A stretch of 64,000 bases of DNA from the human T2T-CHM13v2.0 reference genome, Homo sapiens: assembly GCF_009914755.1 (NCBI RefSeq), contig NC_060937.1, one strand, 5' to 3'. The notes beneath the pieces are model-generated. The model was not told the DNA's origin. It saw only the letters and a program-made list of their open reading frames with translations, and made no database searches. Position 1 is the first letter of the stretch; each line of letters begins with the position of its first letter. This document shows, one piece after another, positions 15,239 through 30,305 of the stretch. Made by a program: the position numbers and the translations under genes.

Positions 15239-15530
15239 TTTTTTTTTTTTTTTTGAGACGGAGTCTCGCTCTGTGGCCCAGGCTGGAGTGCAGTGGCGCT
15301 ATCACTGCAAGCTCCGCCTCCCGGGTTCACGCCATTCTCCTGCCTCAACCTCCCGAGTAGCTGGGACTACAGGCGCCCACCACCATGCCTGGCTTATTTT
15401 ATTTTTTATTTTTTGTATTTTTAGTAGAGACGGGGTTTCACCGTGTTAGCCAGGATGGTCTCGATCTCTTGACCACCTGCCTCGGCCTCCCAAAGTGCTG
15501 GGATTACAGGCGTGAGCCACCGCGCCTGGC
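15239..15530 (-). mobile_element. AluY with two small internal deletions
   Basis: AluY diagnostics GCAAGCTCC, CGCCATTCTCC, CCGTGTTAGCCAGGATGG; TSD CGAAAGTATAATTTT at 15228-15242 and 15530-15544. Confidence 0.97.
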
Positions 15531-15708
15531 GAAAGTATAATTTTCATAGTTTCTTATTTATCTGTATTTTCCTATATGATTTTTGTTGAATTGTTTTAAA
15601 TTTATTTTACATTAATTGCCAAATATCTGAATTCATGAGCCACAGGTTGAAGACCACTGAAGAATATAAATAAATAAAATTGGTAGCTCATTGTTTTGCA
15701 ATAACTTG

Positions 15709-16480
15709 TGAGGACTAAGCTCAGATTTTTTTTTTTTTTTATCTTGCCCAAATTCCTACTTAAGGAGTCTGGGGAGTCATCCCCTACAAACCATGAATTC
15801 TCATCAGATGGATTTTTTTTTTACCCTATATAGCATGACTTACTTTGCAGTCTGACTCTGGCATGACATTATGTGACAAAGAAGAAAGTAAAAAAAGTTT
15901 ACCCCAAAAGCAAGTTTCTTTGAAATGGTCCTGCAAAGCTGTCCTTTGTTGGGGGATATATGCATCTGTAAAGAATCTCTATTAACATAGCTAGATCTTT
16001 TTCTTCCAGGCCCTGCCAATCCTGAAGAAATTAAGTAAAATTCTAGCACCTTTTAAAGGCCTGAATAGGAAATATTTGTTATCTATTATCTCTAAGGGCA
16101 GCCACTATAAGACTTCAGAAGAACCTTGGTATCCACAATCTTTTAGCTTAACCTGAACATGCCCTTTCCTTTGATCCCAGGTCTTCAGACAAACTCAACC
16201 AATTGTCAATTGGAAAATGTTTAAATTTACCTATAGCCTGAAAGCCCCACCCACTGCTTTGAATTGCCCCGCCTTTCTGAACCAAACCAATGTATTTCTT
16301 AAATGTATTTGATTGATGTCTCATGCCTCCCTAAAATGTATAAAACCAAGCTGTACCCCAACCACCTTGGGCACATGTTCTCAGGACCTCCTGAGGGCTG
16401 TGTCATGTGCCACGGTCACTCATATATGGCTCAGAATAAGTCTCTTAAAATATTTTACCGAGTTTGACTCTTCATCAACA
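15709..16480 (+). mobile_element. ERV1 solo LTR, MER4 group (MER4E-like), complete
   Basis: Starts TGAGGACTAAGCTC and ends TTTGACTCTTCATCAACA; TATAAAACCAAGCTG box; flanks CTTG/CCTG fit a 4-bp TSD. Confidence 0.9.
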
Positions 16481-17072
16481 CCTGTTCTATTGAATGAACT
16501 GGATTTCCACTGTTAATATTACCCTAATGTAAAAAGTAGTGAGGTAACAGACTTTTTGTCAGCCTTGTACTTACAGAGTAGATGACTCTGTGATCTGAGC
16601 CCTAATTCCTAACAGGGGATGCTTTGGAATGAATAAATGCAGAGGTACCTTGAACTGGAGGTTGGCCCCGTTTCATGGTAGCATTTTCCCAGAATACATG
16701 TCTCCATAATAAAAAGAGTTCCTGAATGGCAGATGAAGGTATCCAGTCATAAAGCCAAGAGATAAGCCACCCATTCCAGAATTGCTGCTTCCTCCTTGAT
16801 CTGCAATGATCAAGTGGCAACTGTGAGTCAACAGGTTGTACGGTGCACAGAAGGGATGATCTGGCTGAGTGCAGAAAGTCTGCAAATGTGTGGATAAGAG
16901 AGCAAAGGAAGAAGTCCTAAATTGAGGAGAAACTGTCCTTTAAGGACAGGAAAAGGAAAATGAGCAAGAAGAATAGACGACTTTGAAAAGAAATGAAGCT
17001 GGAAATCTAACATCATAGCCTAATCCCTAAATACCCCACAGATATTAGAAGAATGCCAAGCATTGCTGAACT

Positions 17073-17245
17073 TGATAGACGTAGATATAGATAGCTAGGT
17101 AGATACAGAGGTTGAGATAGATAATAGATAGGCAGATAGATAGATATACATACATACAGGCATACATAGATACATAGGTAGCTACATAGATACATAGATG
17201 TATTGAATTGTACACATACACATGTGTATACATCATATATACCTA
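17073..17245. repeat. Degenerate (TAGA)n/(TACA)n repeat
   Basis: Visible tetranucleotide periodicity. Confidence 0.85.
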
Positions 17246-17559
17246 AGTATGAGAGAGACAAGTGAGATACCAAATTATAATTAGCTAAAGACCATTTACA
17301 ATACCCTGTACAAAGAGAAATATCTAAAGTGTTTTTGGATAATTAATTCCATATTCTTTAGCAATTCATCCAATTTCCCTCTGGAAGAGATTCAGGACAA
17401 AGACATTTCACGTCATTTTACAGTGAGTCTCAAAAAGCAGTAAAACACCTTTATTCTGAGCGCCATTTTAAACTTTTAAGCAAGTTGATGCTACTGCGAC
17501 TCTTATTCCTGTCACCAGAGAAGCAATTCAGAAGACTTGTTAATATTTCAGAAGTTGCT

Positions 17560-17690
17560 TAAACTTCCTGTAAAGTGATAGGCCTGACCTCCTGGGGTTA
17601 ATGTGAGAATCATAGCTGTTAATACACGTAAAATACCTAGAACAATGCTTGACATAGAATAAATGCTATGTAAGTGTTAGCCATGATTAG
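17560..17690 (+). mobile_element. MIR 3' portion
   Basis: CTGTAAAGTG...GTGAGAAT...TAGAACAATGCTTGACATAGAATAAATGCT. Confidence 0.6.
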
Positions 17691-18165
17691 TATTTTCATC
17701 AATCAAAAATGCCTCTGTTCTGTCTCACACTCTTTTTTCTTAAAGTGCTCTGTCATTTCTTTATCTTTAATCATACTTGTCAGTCTTGCTCCAATATCTC
17801 TCTTTTATATTTTTATTCCTTCATACACTGCTTCCAATACCTTCCTACCCAAACAGAAAACTGCTTCTCTCCTTTAAGAATACCCACTAGTAGTCCCTAG
17901 AAAGATTATTCTTCAGACACTTACCATAACGTGGGGAGGGGTTAGCATTCACCTCTTTGCATGCTGCCATTTTTAAAACTACACTATCTCCGTCCCGTTA
18001 TGTTCAGGATAACACTATTCATAATTTACCCTTTCTTCACTGGGCCTCATGCCATCATGTCCACCTTTTTGTCAATACACAAACACCTGTGATTTTCCTT
18101 GAGACCTCAGAGCTCTGTGCAGTGTCATCCAGTTCCCTGGCCTCACTCTTTCCTAACTGCTGTGA

Positions 18166-18508
<343 letters not shown>

Positions 18509-18899
18509 AGGATCTCACTTCTTGAGTCAGATCCCACATCCACTCATCACCTAGTGCTCTCCCTTCTAAAATCTTTACTTCCATCATGTCACTTAAATTA
18601 CAAATTGCTGGCATTTCTTTACATTAATTGAGTATCTTGGCATGTGGCTCACAGTATTTGTCATAATACGTACATCTGCTATCATCGTGTGATTTAAATG
18701 CTCACAGAGTGGATTAACTCAGTGTCTGCCATGCCAGGCTCCTTCTTTCCTTACTTCGACAACACCTGCTTCTAAATCTTAAGGATGTCTGCACCTGTGG
18801 TGTTCTGGCTCATATAAATTCTCCCAGGTAATCATCTCTTGCTGTTATCTTCCTCAGTCTTTTCCAGGTTAGACCGCAGTGTATAACATTTAATTAATC

Positions 18900-20635
<1,736 letters not shown>

Positions 20636-22669
20636 ATTTTAAAGAGGCAATTAGGAAGATCAGATTTTTTTTTTATTTTACAAAAATACGTGAATTTGAT
20701 TGTACTCTGAGGACCCTTTACTAGTGCCAGATGAGGATGGTCTGTTCAAATAATTTCTTCTACACTTCCATGCTCTCAGGTAGAGGAAAGAAGATTAAAA
20801 ATAAAATATTTCCTTATATCCCTACACAGAATATCGATATTTTATATGTGATTCCCTTTGTTCCATATACCAAAGCATAAAGTATAATTCAGTGTGACAC
20901 ATATAAGAAAGTATATAAGAGCCAAATTCCCTCATCCATTTGTTTGCTGATGAAATTAACCCATTTTAACAAAATGGTTTTTGTGCATAGCAAAAGATTA
21001 AATGTCTCAGGAAGTATATAATGCGTATATTGTGTTACAAATTAATTTAGCCTGTGACATGAACATAATAGTGTAAAATAGAAAATATATGAAAGTAGAC
21101 ATATAAACACCAATCCAAGAAAGTTATAAATAGATAGAAAATCAAGGCCCAGATAAGGAGGAATGTGAGTGAGTATTTAGTGCCAAAGAACCTTGGTAGT
21201 AATTATAGTGTTAAGATGAGTTTCCTAGTAGCTATGTTAAAATGAAGATAGCATCATTTAAGCATTTCTCACCTTAATTAAAGGGGAGTTTGTCTGTGAA
21301 GGAAATCATTTCCTAGTACTGAATTATGATATAAGTGCCGTTGCTGAGACATTATATATATATGGGCCATTGAATTATGATACTCTTCAACAATATTTTT
21401 GTATTAGGCAACAAAATGGATTTCATATGACTATTTGTTGTACTGTTCTTTTATTAAAAGAAGTAGGGCACGACCCCAAAACTTAATTTGGGGAAAGAAA
21501 TTCTGTTGGGGACTAAGGCAATATAGTTCAAGTTTGTAGCCTCCTCGTGATTTCATTTGACCAAGGCTAAAATTTATAATACCCAGAGGAGTGACAGCCT
21601 TCAAGTGATTTTCTGTAAGTATTAAAGTTGAGGTGTGTATTAAATGTCCACTTCTGTTTGGTGACACTTTAAGATTTTCTAGTTATTTTGAAGACTCATA
21701 ACATTCTACGAAGAAAATTCCTTAGCAAAAAAATAGTTTTCTCAAAATAAATATATTGCTCACAATTTTAATGCCTCAGCATTAAAGCTAAAAAGGAAAA
21801 GGGTATTATCTGCCCTAAGCTATTTGTAATTGATAAATAAGAGTTTAAATTTTTCTCTACAGAGTTTTATTATTGAGCCATTATTCAATTATGAGAAAGA
21901 GGGAAGTGAAATATCTGCCAAATACTTCTGATATGTCAGATATACTACCAGGTTATTTTACATATTTTATATCATTGAATGTCAGAATTAAACTTGTGAA
22001 AATCATAGCTGGCTAAAAGTAGATATTTAATTTTTGTGGACTTGTTGAAACCCAGTACAGAGATGTGTCTACCTGGGATCATGAAATCAAATATTCAGAA
22101 GAAATATATTTTTCATACGTATTCTGAAATCAGTGGCTGAAACCACAAGAAATAAGTGAACAGAGCTTATAAATACTCATTTATTGAGTTTATTCCCTTA
22201 GGTTCACATCACGGAGATGCTTAAAATACTTAAGCTAGAGTTATATTTAAAGTACTGCTATATATAGATACAATACAACTTATTTTACAGAGATTCCCTT
22301 TGGGGGACAAGAATTATTAATGTATGTGTTTATCCTGAGCTCCCTCTTTCTGTTTGCTAATGGGGATTCTAGCTTTGTCTGCTCAATTTCTTCCCCATTG
22401 CTCTTCTCTGAAAAGACACTGCTGGTGTCCAGCAGTGACATTCTCTTTCATATCTCCACATCAGTACAATGGTAAGAGGAAATCAGAACCAAAAAGGCAG
22501 TGGGGGAGTGGTAGGTAAAGATTGAGAAGATGCATTTGAGTAAGGTCTAGGTGACCTTTCTTCCAGAAAAGAAAAAAACATATATAGAGTCAGGAGGTGA
22601 TTAAAAATTTTAACCAGAAGGATTTAAAGAAAGAGAGGTATGGATGAAAGAATATAAAGATGTGTGCAT

Positions 22670-22741
22670 CATGTATACATATGTAACAAACCTGCACATT
22701 GTGCACATGTACCTTAGAACTTAAAGTATAATTTAAAAAAA
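22670..22741 (+). mobile_element. L1PA extreme 3' end (~72 bp)
   Basis: CATGTATACATATGTAACAAACCTGCACATTGTGCACATGTACCTTAGAACTTAAAGTATAA; degenerate TSD AAAGATGTGTGCAT/AAAGATCCGTACAT. Confidence 0.9.
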
Positions 22742-22808
22742 GATCCGTACATTATATTTTATGTTTTTATTACCAAAATACAAATAGACTCTTGAGGTAT
22801 TTTTACAT

Positions 22809-23437
22809 CATGTTTCATTATAATAGAATGATTTACATTCCTCTGGGTATATACCCAGTAATGGGATTGCTGGGCCAAATGGCATTTCTGCTTCTAGGTC
22901 TTTTAGGAATTGCCACACTGTCTTCCACAATGGTTGAACTAATTTACATTCCCACCAACAGTATAAAAGCCTTCCTATTGTGTCTGTTTTTTGCTTCACT
23001 ATTCACAATAGCAAAGACATGGAATCAACCCAAATGACCATCAATGATAGACTGGATAAAGAAAATGTGGTACATATACTCCATGGAATACTACATAGTC
23101 ATAAAAAGGAATGAGATCATGTCCTTTGCAGGGACATGGATGGAGCTGGAAGCCATTATCCTCAGCAAACTAACACAGGAACAGAAAACCAAACACAGCA
23201 TGTTCTCACTTATAAGTGGGAGCTGAATAATGAGAACACATGGACACAGGGAGAGGACCAAAACACACTGGGACCTATCCGGTGGGCTGGAGGGGAAGGG
23301 AGAGCATCAGGATAAATAGCTAGTGAACAGGGGCCTTGACACCGAGGTGACAGGTTGATAGGTGTAACAAACCACCATGGCACACGTTTACCTATGTAAC
23401 AAACCTGCACGTCCTGCACATGTATCCCAGAACTTAA
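22809..23437 (+). mobile_element. L1PA (approx. PA11-13) with 5' inversion
   Basis: 22809-22979 is an antisense ORF2 C-terminal piece; 22980-23437 is the sense ORF2 end plus 3'UTR. Confidence 0.92.
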
Positions 23438-23699
23438 TTTTTTTTAAATATAACATATCAGTTTTTTTAAATCAGAGTGTTGTCTTGCTATATCACGTGG
23501 GTCACATCTTTATAGGCATTATGTATTCTAATAAAATGGCAAGAGAAAAAATATTTAAACAGTTCAGGCTAGAGGTAAAATGGAAGAGTTGAGGCTGGTC
23601 TTGGCCAAGAGTCAGTTGAGTCTGGGCTCTGGCCCTACCTGGCCATGTTTATGGATAAGTTTCTTAACTTCTTTTCTTCAAAATATAACCAGGCTAAGA

Positions 23700-23945
23700 G
23701 CAGCCTGATGGGAGTCCGACTGAGCAGGGTTTGAATCCTAGCTTTGCCAGTTAGCATGTTGAGATGTGAGGTAAGTTACTTAATTCAAGCCCCATGTCCT
23801 CATCTGTAAATGCAGACAACATTATCTACCTTCAGATTGTTGTCAGGATTAATATAATTTATGTAAATTATTTTACCCAACATTTGGTATATATTTGTAT
23901 ACAGTAATTGGAATATCTTTGGTACAAGATAAATGTTACAAAACA
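23700..23945 (+). mobile_element. MIR
   Basis: GGGTTTGAATCCTAGCTTTGCCA...AAGTTACTTAA...CCTCATCTGTAAATG core. Confidence 0.75.
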
Positions 23946-23990
23946 TGAGTGTTTTCCTTGTCATTGGTGTGGTACCTTGCATTTTCAAGT

Positions 23991-24345
23991 TGTGTTAATC
24001 CATTCACATTACTATAAGAAAACACGTTAGACAGGATAATTTAGACAATTATAAAACAGAAATATATTCCTCACAGTTCTGGAGGGTGGTTGTTTGAGAT
24101 GAGATGTCAGCAGATTTGATATCTGGCAAGAGCTTGCTCTCTACTTCATAGATGGCGACTTCTGTGTGTCCTTACATGGTGGAAGGGGCTAGGGAATTTT
24201 GGGAGGCCTCTTTTATAAAGGCACTAATCCCATTCATGAGAGCTCTGCCAGTCATATTCCAAAGCCTTCATCTCTTAATACTATTGCACTGGAGATTAAG
24301 TTTCAACACATGAATTTTAGAAACACAAACATTTAGACCATAGCA
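23991..24345 (-). mobile_element. MLT1A/MST-type solo LTR
   Basis: TGTGTTAATCC...CTCACAGTTCTGGAGG...GCACTAATCCCATTCATGAG...ACCATAGCA; 5-bp TSD CAAGT/CGAGT. Confidence 0.85.
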
Positions 24346-24641
24346 CGAGTCGATATGTTTCTCTTTTGTTTAGATTTGCTGATAAAGAGAGAAATTGAGA
24401 GACAGATTGAGATTCAGTAAAGGGTAAAGTTACTGAAGTTGCAAAAATATATTCAAGAACATTATAAGGGAAATGTATAGGGCATTACAGCAAGTAAAAT
24501 GTAATATGGATACTGTGAATGATTTCTAAAAATTTAAGTTTACCAAAAATATATTGTGAAGACTTGAACTGTTTGAAACATTTAGTCCTTGTAGATCATG
24601 AGTGGAAGAACAGACTCTCTAAGTAGTGAAGGGAAATAGAG

Positions 24642-25149
24642 CAACATTTTTGGCACCAGGGGAGTGGTTTTGTGGTAGACAATTTTTTTCACAGACCTGG
24701 TGGTGGTGGGGATGGTTTCAGAATGATTTGAGCCCCTTACATTTATTGTGCACTTTATTTCTATTATTATTACTTTGTAACATATAATGAAACAGTTATA
24801 CAGCTGATCATAATGTAGAATCAGTGGGAGCCCTGAGCTTGTTTTCCTGCAACTAGGTGTTCCCATCTGGGGGGTGATGGGAGACAGTGACAGATTATCA
24901 GGCATTAGATTATCATAAGGAGCACACAACCTAGATCCCTCGCATGCTCAGTTGACAGTAGGGTTCATACTCCTATGAGAATCTGATGCTGCTGCTGATC
25001 TGACAGGAGGAGGAGCTCAGGGGGTAACAAGAGCCATGAGGAGCAGCCATAAATACAGATGAAGCTTCGCTCACTCAGCCGCCACTCACCCCGTGCTTTG
25101 CAGTCTTGTTCCTAACAGCCACGGACTAGTATGGGTTTGGAGACCCCTG
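24642..25149 (+). mobile_element. MER1A hAT-Charlie DNA transposon
   Basis: CAACATTTTTGGCACCAGGG...GTAGAATCAGTGGGAGCCCTGAGCTTGTTTTCCTGCAACTAG...GGAGACCCCTG. Confidence 0.9.
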
Positions 25150-25755
25150 AAATATCCAGCAAGCCTTTTAAATGAGTGAATTATTCCATTCCAACCTCTG
25201 GAATATAAAAGGTAAATAGTCTCTCAGGAATTCACACTGTGTGGCCTTCTGCATTAAAGGAGTCACCTAAGTTATCTGGAAATTCATGTACAAGGGTCAG
25301 ATGTTGCTGGCATTGTCCTAACCCTGCAGAGCTGCTCCCAAATCAATCCTTCACCACCTCCTTGAGATTCATGTCTTGAGACCCTAATTTCCTTCATTTT
25401 TTCAAAGATGTCTATTTTCCAGGAGGACACATCTTCATTTTTAAGGAAAACTCTGGCTACAGGCCATCAGATGTTTTTCCCCCTGCCAACACTCTGGGTG
25501 ACATTAGCGCATTTATGCAAAATACATTCAACACACTGGCCTCATACCTTTTGATCTCATCTTCAATAACATGTATTTCTACTCCAATTTAAGCACCCAC
25601 ATTCATTGCCTCATCAGGAATGATGACATCTTCTGTAGCTATTCACATTGTATTTTTGAATTCCAGTGGCCCTCTCACCTTTGACTTCAATACTTGATTC
25701 TTTTAGTTCTTTAAAATTTTTATTTTCTCTTCACACATTATTTGATCTCCTGTAG

Positions 25756-26319
<564 letters not shown>

Positions 26320-26439
26320 TAGAGAGATTCAGGGAGAGTGTGATGCTTTCTTTAATGCCCTGATCCTGAGTTAGATGTATCAGCAATGTGTCTCAGAGCT
26401 TTTTATAAACCTCCTGTTTCCACATCTACCACCTTCTAT

Positions 26440-27390
26440 CACACTGGATTCTTTACATAGTTTCTTCCACAATACTGTAAACGTTAAGAATGTCAAATCA
26501 AGATTGAATCTGATTTTCTCCATTGCATTTATATTACAGCAAAGTACCTGGTACATGGTTTATATTTAATAAATATTTATCATCTAAGTGGATTAGTTAC
26601 CCTCCATTATCTTCCCAAATAAATGCCAATTTCAAAAAAATACCAAATTTTGCCAACTCTCTATTCAAACTCACATCTTTTGTTTTCAGGAAATGACATA
26701 TTCTCTTTAATGAAAATAAGGACATAAAGTATCATTTACCTTTATGTAGCCAGTCCCACCCTCCTATAAACTTATCTATAATTGGGTGATGAGTGATCCT
26801 TCCTCTTAACTAAATAAAATTTTTCACTTGTAGAATTGATCTAGCTCATACCTTTCATTATATCTTGTATCTTTCCCCATTTGTTATTGTGTCTCATATC
26901 TCTGCCTTCAGCCCTTCCCACTTCTCTCTTATTTTACCTGTAAACATGACTGAGGCAAAATGATTGAGGTAGAATGACATAAGAAAAAATAGGGTAATTT
27001 TAGAATGTCATTCCAATGTGAGAGAACTCCAGTGGGCCATTTTATCTTCTAAAATTACCTTCTTTTTGTTATGCTATTCTCTAGCTTCCAACTACTTTTT
27101 TTTTTTTTAAAGAGATGGGGGTCTCGCTACATTGACCAGGCTGGTCTTCAAATCCTGGCCTCAAGTGATCCTCCCATCTAGGCCTCCCAAAGTCCTGGGA
27201 TTACAGGTGTGAGCCACCACAGCCGGGCCCCAACTACAATCTTGCCGTCCCTTTTCTAATTCTCTTCTTTTGAAAGGAGTTTTCAATTTGCTACTTTACT
27301 TTCTCATATCCCACTCATGCATCAACCCAATGTACAGTAGCTTCTATCCTAACTACTCTACCGAAGCTGCTCTTCCATACCGTTCCACTC
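26440..27390 (+). mobile_element. L2 fragments (host of the FLAM and the templated insertion)
   Basis: L2 3' end near 26545-26590 (TACCTGGTACATGG...AATAAATATTT) and pyrimidine-rich L2 ORF2-like sequence at 26780-27390. Confidence 0.5.
27096..27229 (-). mobile_element. FLAM_C / free left Alu monomer
   Basis: Single left monomer with poly-T; TSD CCAACTAC at 27088-27095 and 27230-27237. Confidence 0.9.
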
Positions 27391-27429
27391 CTTTCACTCA
27401 AAGTACCCCATATTTTTGAAGAACGGTGT

Positions 27430-27870
27430 CATTCATGATACAATGTTCTCTAGTAAGCAGATCTGGAGATGGGGATCTATACTAGGGAGTGCCCTTGGAA
27501 TAATATCTCTGAAAAGGAGAAGAAGGAAGCTGGATTGGGGGACGGGGGAAAAGCTGGGCTGAAAAGAAGTCCTGGACCACAGCTTTGGCCCATCTCACAG
27601 GGCACTTTGAAGATAAAATGGCCCACTGGAGTTCTCTCACATTGGAATGACATGACTGAGTCCTTAGGGGCCCCAAGTCCCCTCCTCACCTCTTTCACCT
27701 GCCTCCTTGCCTCACCTCAATCAGTCATTGGCTATGGGCCACACCTGGGATGGACATGACTTTGGGCAGGGGGAAGCTCTGCAGCTGAGGTTATGTCTGA
27801 AGGGGCTCACAGCTGAGTCCTGTCCACTGACACAGCTCTCAGGGAGGACCTGGGTATTGCGTCTCTGTGT
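27430..27870 (-). mobile_element. LTR16C-like ERVL LTR
   Basis: AAGCAGATCTGGAGATGGGGAT...GGAAGCTGGATTGGG...CAGTCATTGGCTATGGGC...TGACTTTGGGCAGG...CAGCTGAG. Confidence 0.7.
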
Positions 27871-28311
27871 ATATATATCACATATATGAGTAATGATATT
27901 AGAGGTTTTATAATTTTACCTTTTTTCTCCGTTTTATCTTTAATCTTCACTGTATTTCAGTCATGGTCTTCAGGCTTCAAAGTGACCTTTAAGAGTCAGC
28001 AAAGAATATACAGCTTTTTAAACATTGAGAATAAAACAAGAACAATGTGATAGCATAGTGCAATGGTGCCACAGAAATAAACAATAAAAAAGAATTTAAA
28101 GAGAGAACCAGGAGTCAATTTCATAAATGCCACCATTACATTACTTAGGTTAAGCTTTTGAATTTATCTAGAAAAATGTCACTGGCCAAGACATTAACAT
28201 TTATAGAGGAATGGAGAAGTACGAAATTAAAGTTCCTAAGAATCAAGTCCGGAAAAATAGAAAATGTGTATTGGCTATTGTTCTCAGTTTGGCAAATAAA
28301 ATTTAAAAATA

Positions 28312-28645
<334 letters not shown>

Positions 28646-29435
28646 CTAGTATTTCCCACACGGTTTTTTTACATATTTTAAATTCACTAATATAGCATTA
28701 CATTTTAAAAAGGCATATTTTAATATCTTATCTTGAAATCATAAGATGTATTTGTTCAACCAAATCTTACAGTAAAGCAGTATAAAAAATATAAATTCTA
28801 CAGTGTGATAGAAATGCAAACTATTTGATGTTCAATTTAATCATTTTTTCAGGAACCTAAATATTATTTATTAATTATTACTTTAACTATTTAAGATTAG
28901 TTACAATGAAAAGAATATTGCCTTAGAGATCTTCCATTAATTATTCAGTTCCCAGCCTCTGATTCCTTTATAAACTTCTAAATTCTTCAGAGATAAATGT
29001 ACTTGGCTCAAATTTAATCATGTTACAATACAGGTTCTGTATCAACTTAGTTTTTGTAGACACTATATGGTATAAGAAGACAATGTTTAATTTTATGTCA
29101 ATATCTTGCATAAACTTGTTCAATTAATTCATTCAATAAACAGTCATTGAGTTCGTATCATGTCCCAGGCACTGTTAAAAACATTCATCTTATGTGGTGA
29201 AAAAGTATGTATGGAAGTACCTGCTTTTATATGAAAAGTACTGATGTTTTTTCTAAAACTTGAAGTATAGTCTCTGATTTGCCTATCTAAAGAGTGAAAA
29301 ATTTCATTTTTACTTTCTGCAGAAATTCAGTTTCTTGTTGTTTTATCATCATACGTACAACTTTTATTGAAATATTTCTCTAGAGGCATAAAATATATTG
29401 CCATTTTTGAAAACCAGATATTAGGGGTCTCATAG

Positions 29436-29792
29436 TGCTGTAGGCTGAATGATGGTGACCCCCAAAATTCAACTGTTGAAATGTAACACCCAATATGATG
29501 ATATTTGCAGGTGGGGCCTTAGAGGGAGGGGATTAGATCATGATGGTAGAGCCCTCATGAATGGGATTAGTAGACTTATAAAAGAGTCCCCAGAGAGACT
29601 CCTGCCCCTTTCAACATGTGGGGCACAGGGAAGAGATGGCAATTCATGAATCAAGAAGCAGGTCCTCACCACGTCTTATGGCACTTTGATCTAGGACTTC
29701 CCACCCTCCAGAACTGTGGACAACAAATTTCTATTGCTTAGAATCCACCAATTTATGATATTTTGTTAAAGCTGTTTAAATAGATTAAGACA
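29436..29792 (+). mobile_element. MLT1A0-type solo LTR
   Basis: GAGCCCTCATGAATGGGATTAGT...CTCCAGAACTGTG...TAAGACA; TSD CATAG/CCTAG. Confidence 0.88.
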
Positions 29793-30034
29793 CCTAGGAT
29801 GGGAAACCCGTTAATATTGTAATACAGAGATGAGCTTTCTCTTCCTCTAACTACTTTTAAAGTCTACGACAATTAGAAAATGATGTTTTGTGTAGCTGTA
29901 TTTTGATTTAAAATTATGTGCCTCAATTAATGATGAACTAACTTGATTTTGTGCCTGAGTTTTAATAAGTGTGATATGTTTGAATCAATGTGAATTATTT
30001 TATCAGTTCAAAACATCCAAAAAATTTTTGTCTG

Positions 30035-30305
30035 GTTAAGATCATGTGCATCTCCATGATGGGATTAGTGTTCTTATAGGAAAAGAAAGTGAGACCATAG
30101 CTCTCTGTCTTTCTCTTTTTTGTGCCATGTGAAGATATAGTCAGAAGGCAGGAGCCTGTAGTCTAAAAAGGCGGCTTTCACAAGGGACTGAATCTGCTGG
30201 CACCTTGTTTTGGACTTCCCAGCCTCCAGAATTGCGAGAAATAAATGTCTGTTTAAGACAGCAGTCTCTGGTATTCTGTTACAGCAGCTTGAGCTGCCTA
30301 AGACA
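30035..30305 (+). mobile_element. MLT1A-type LTR, 5' truncated
   Basis: ATGATGGGATTAGTG...CTGCTGGCACCTTG...CCAGCCTCCAGAATTG...CTAAGACA. Confidence 0.85.

Noticed and set aside
22792-23419. ORFs with L1 ORF2 C-terminal similarity (CWWECKLVQPLWKTVW, MIDWIKKMWYIY)
   Set aside because: Fragments of a truncated, inverted L1, not a host gene
27005-27653. Inversion with staggered-break duplications, or a MITE with 45-bp TIRs
   Set aside because: The internal L2-like sequence keeps the flanking orientation, the right copy is integral to the LTR16C-like element, and there is no TSD
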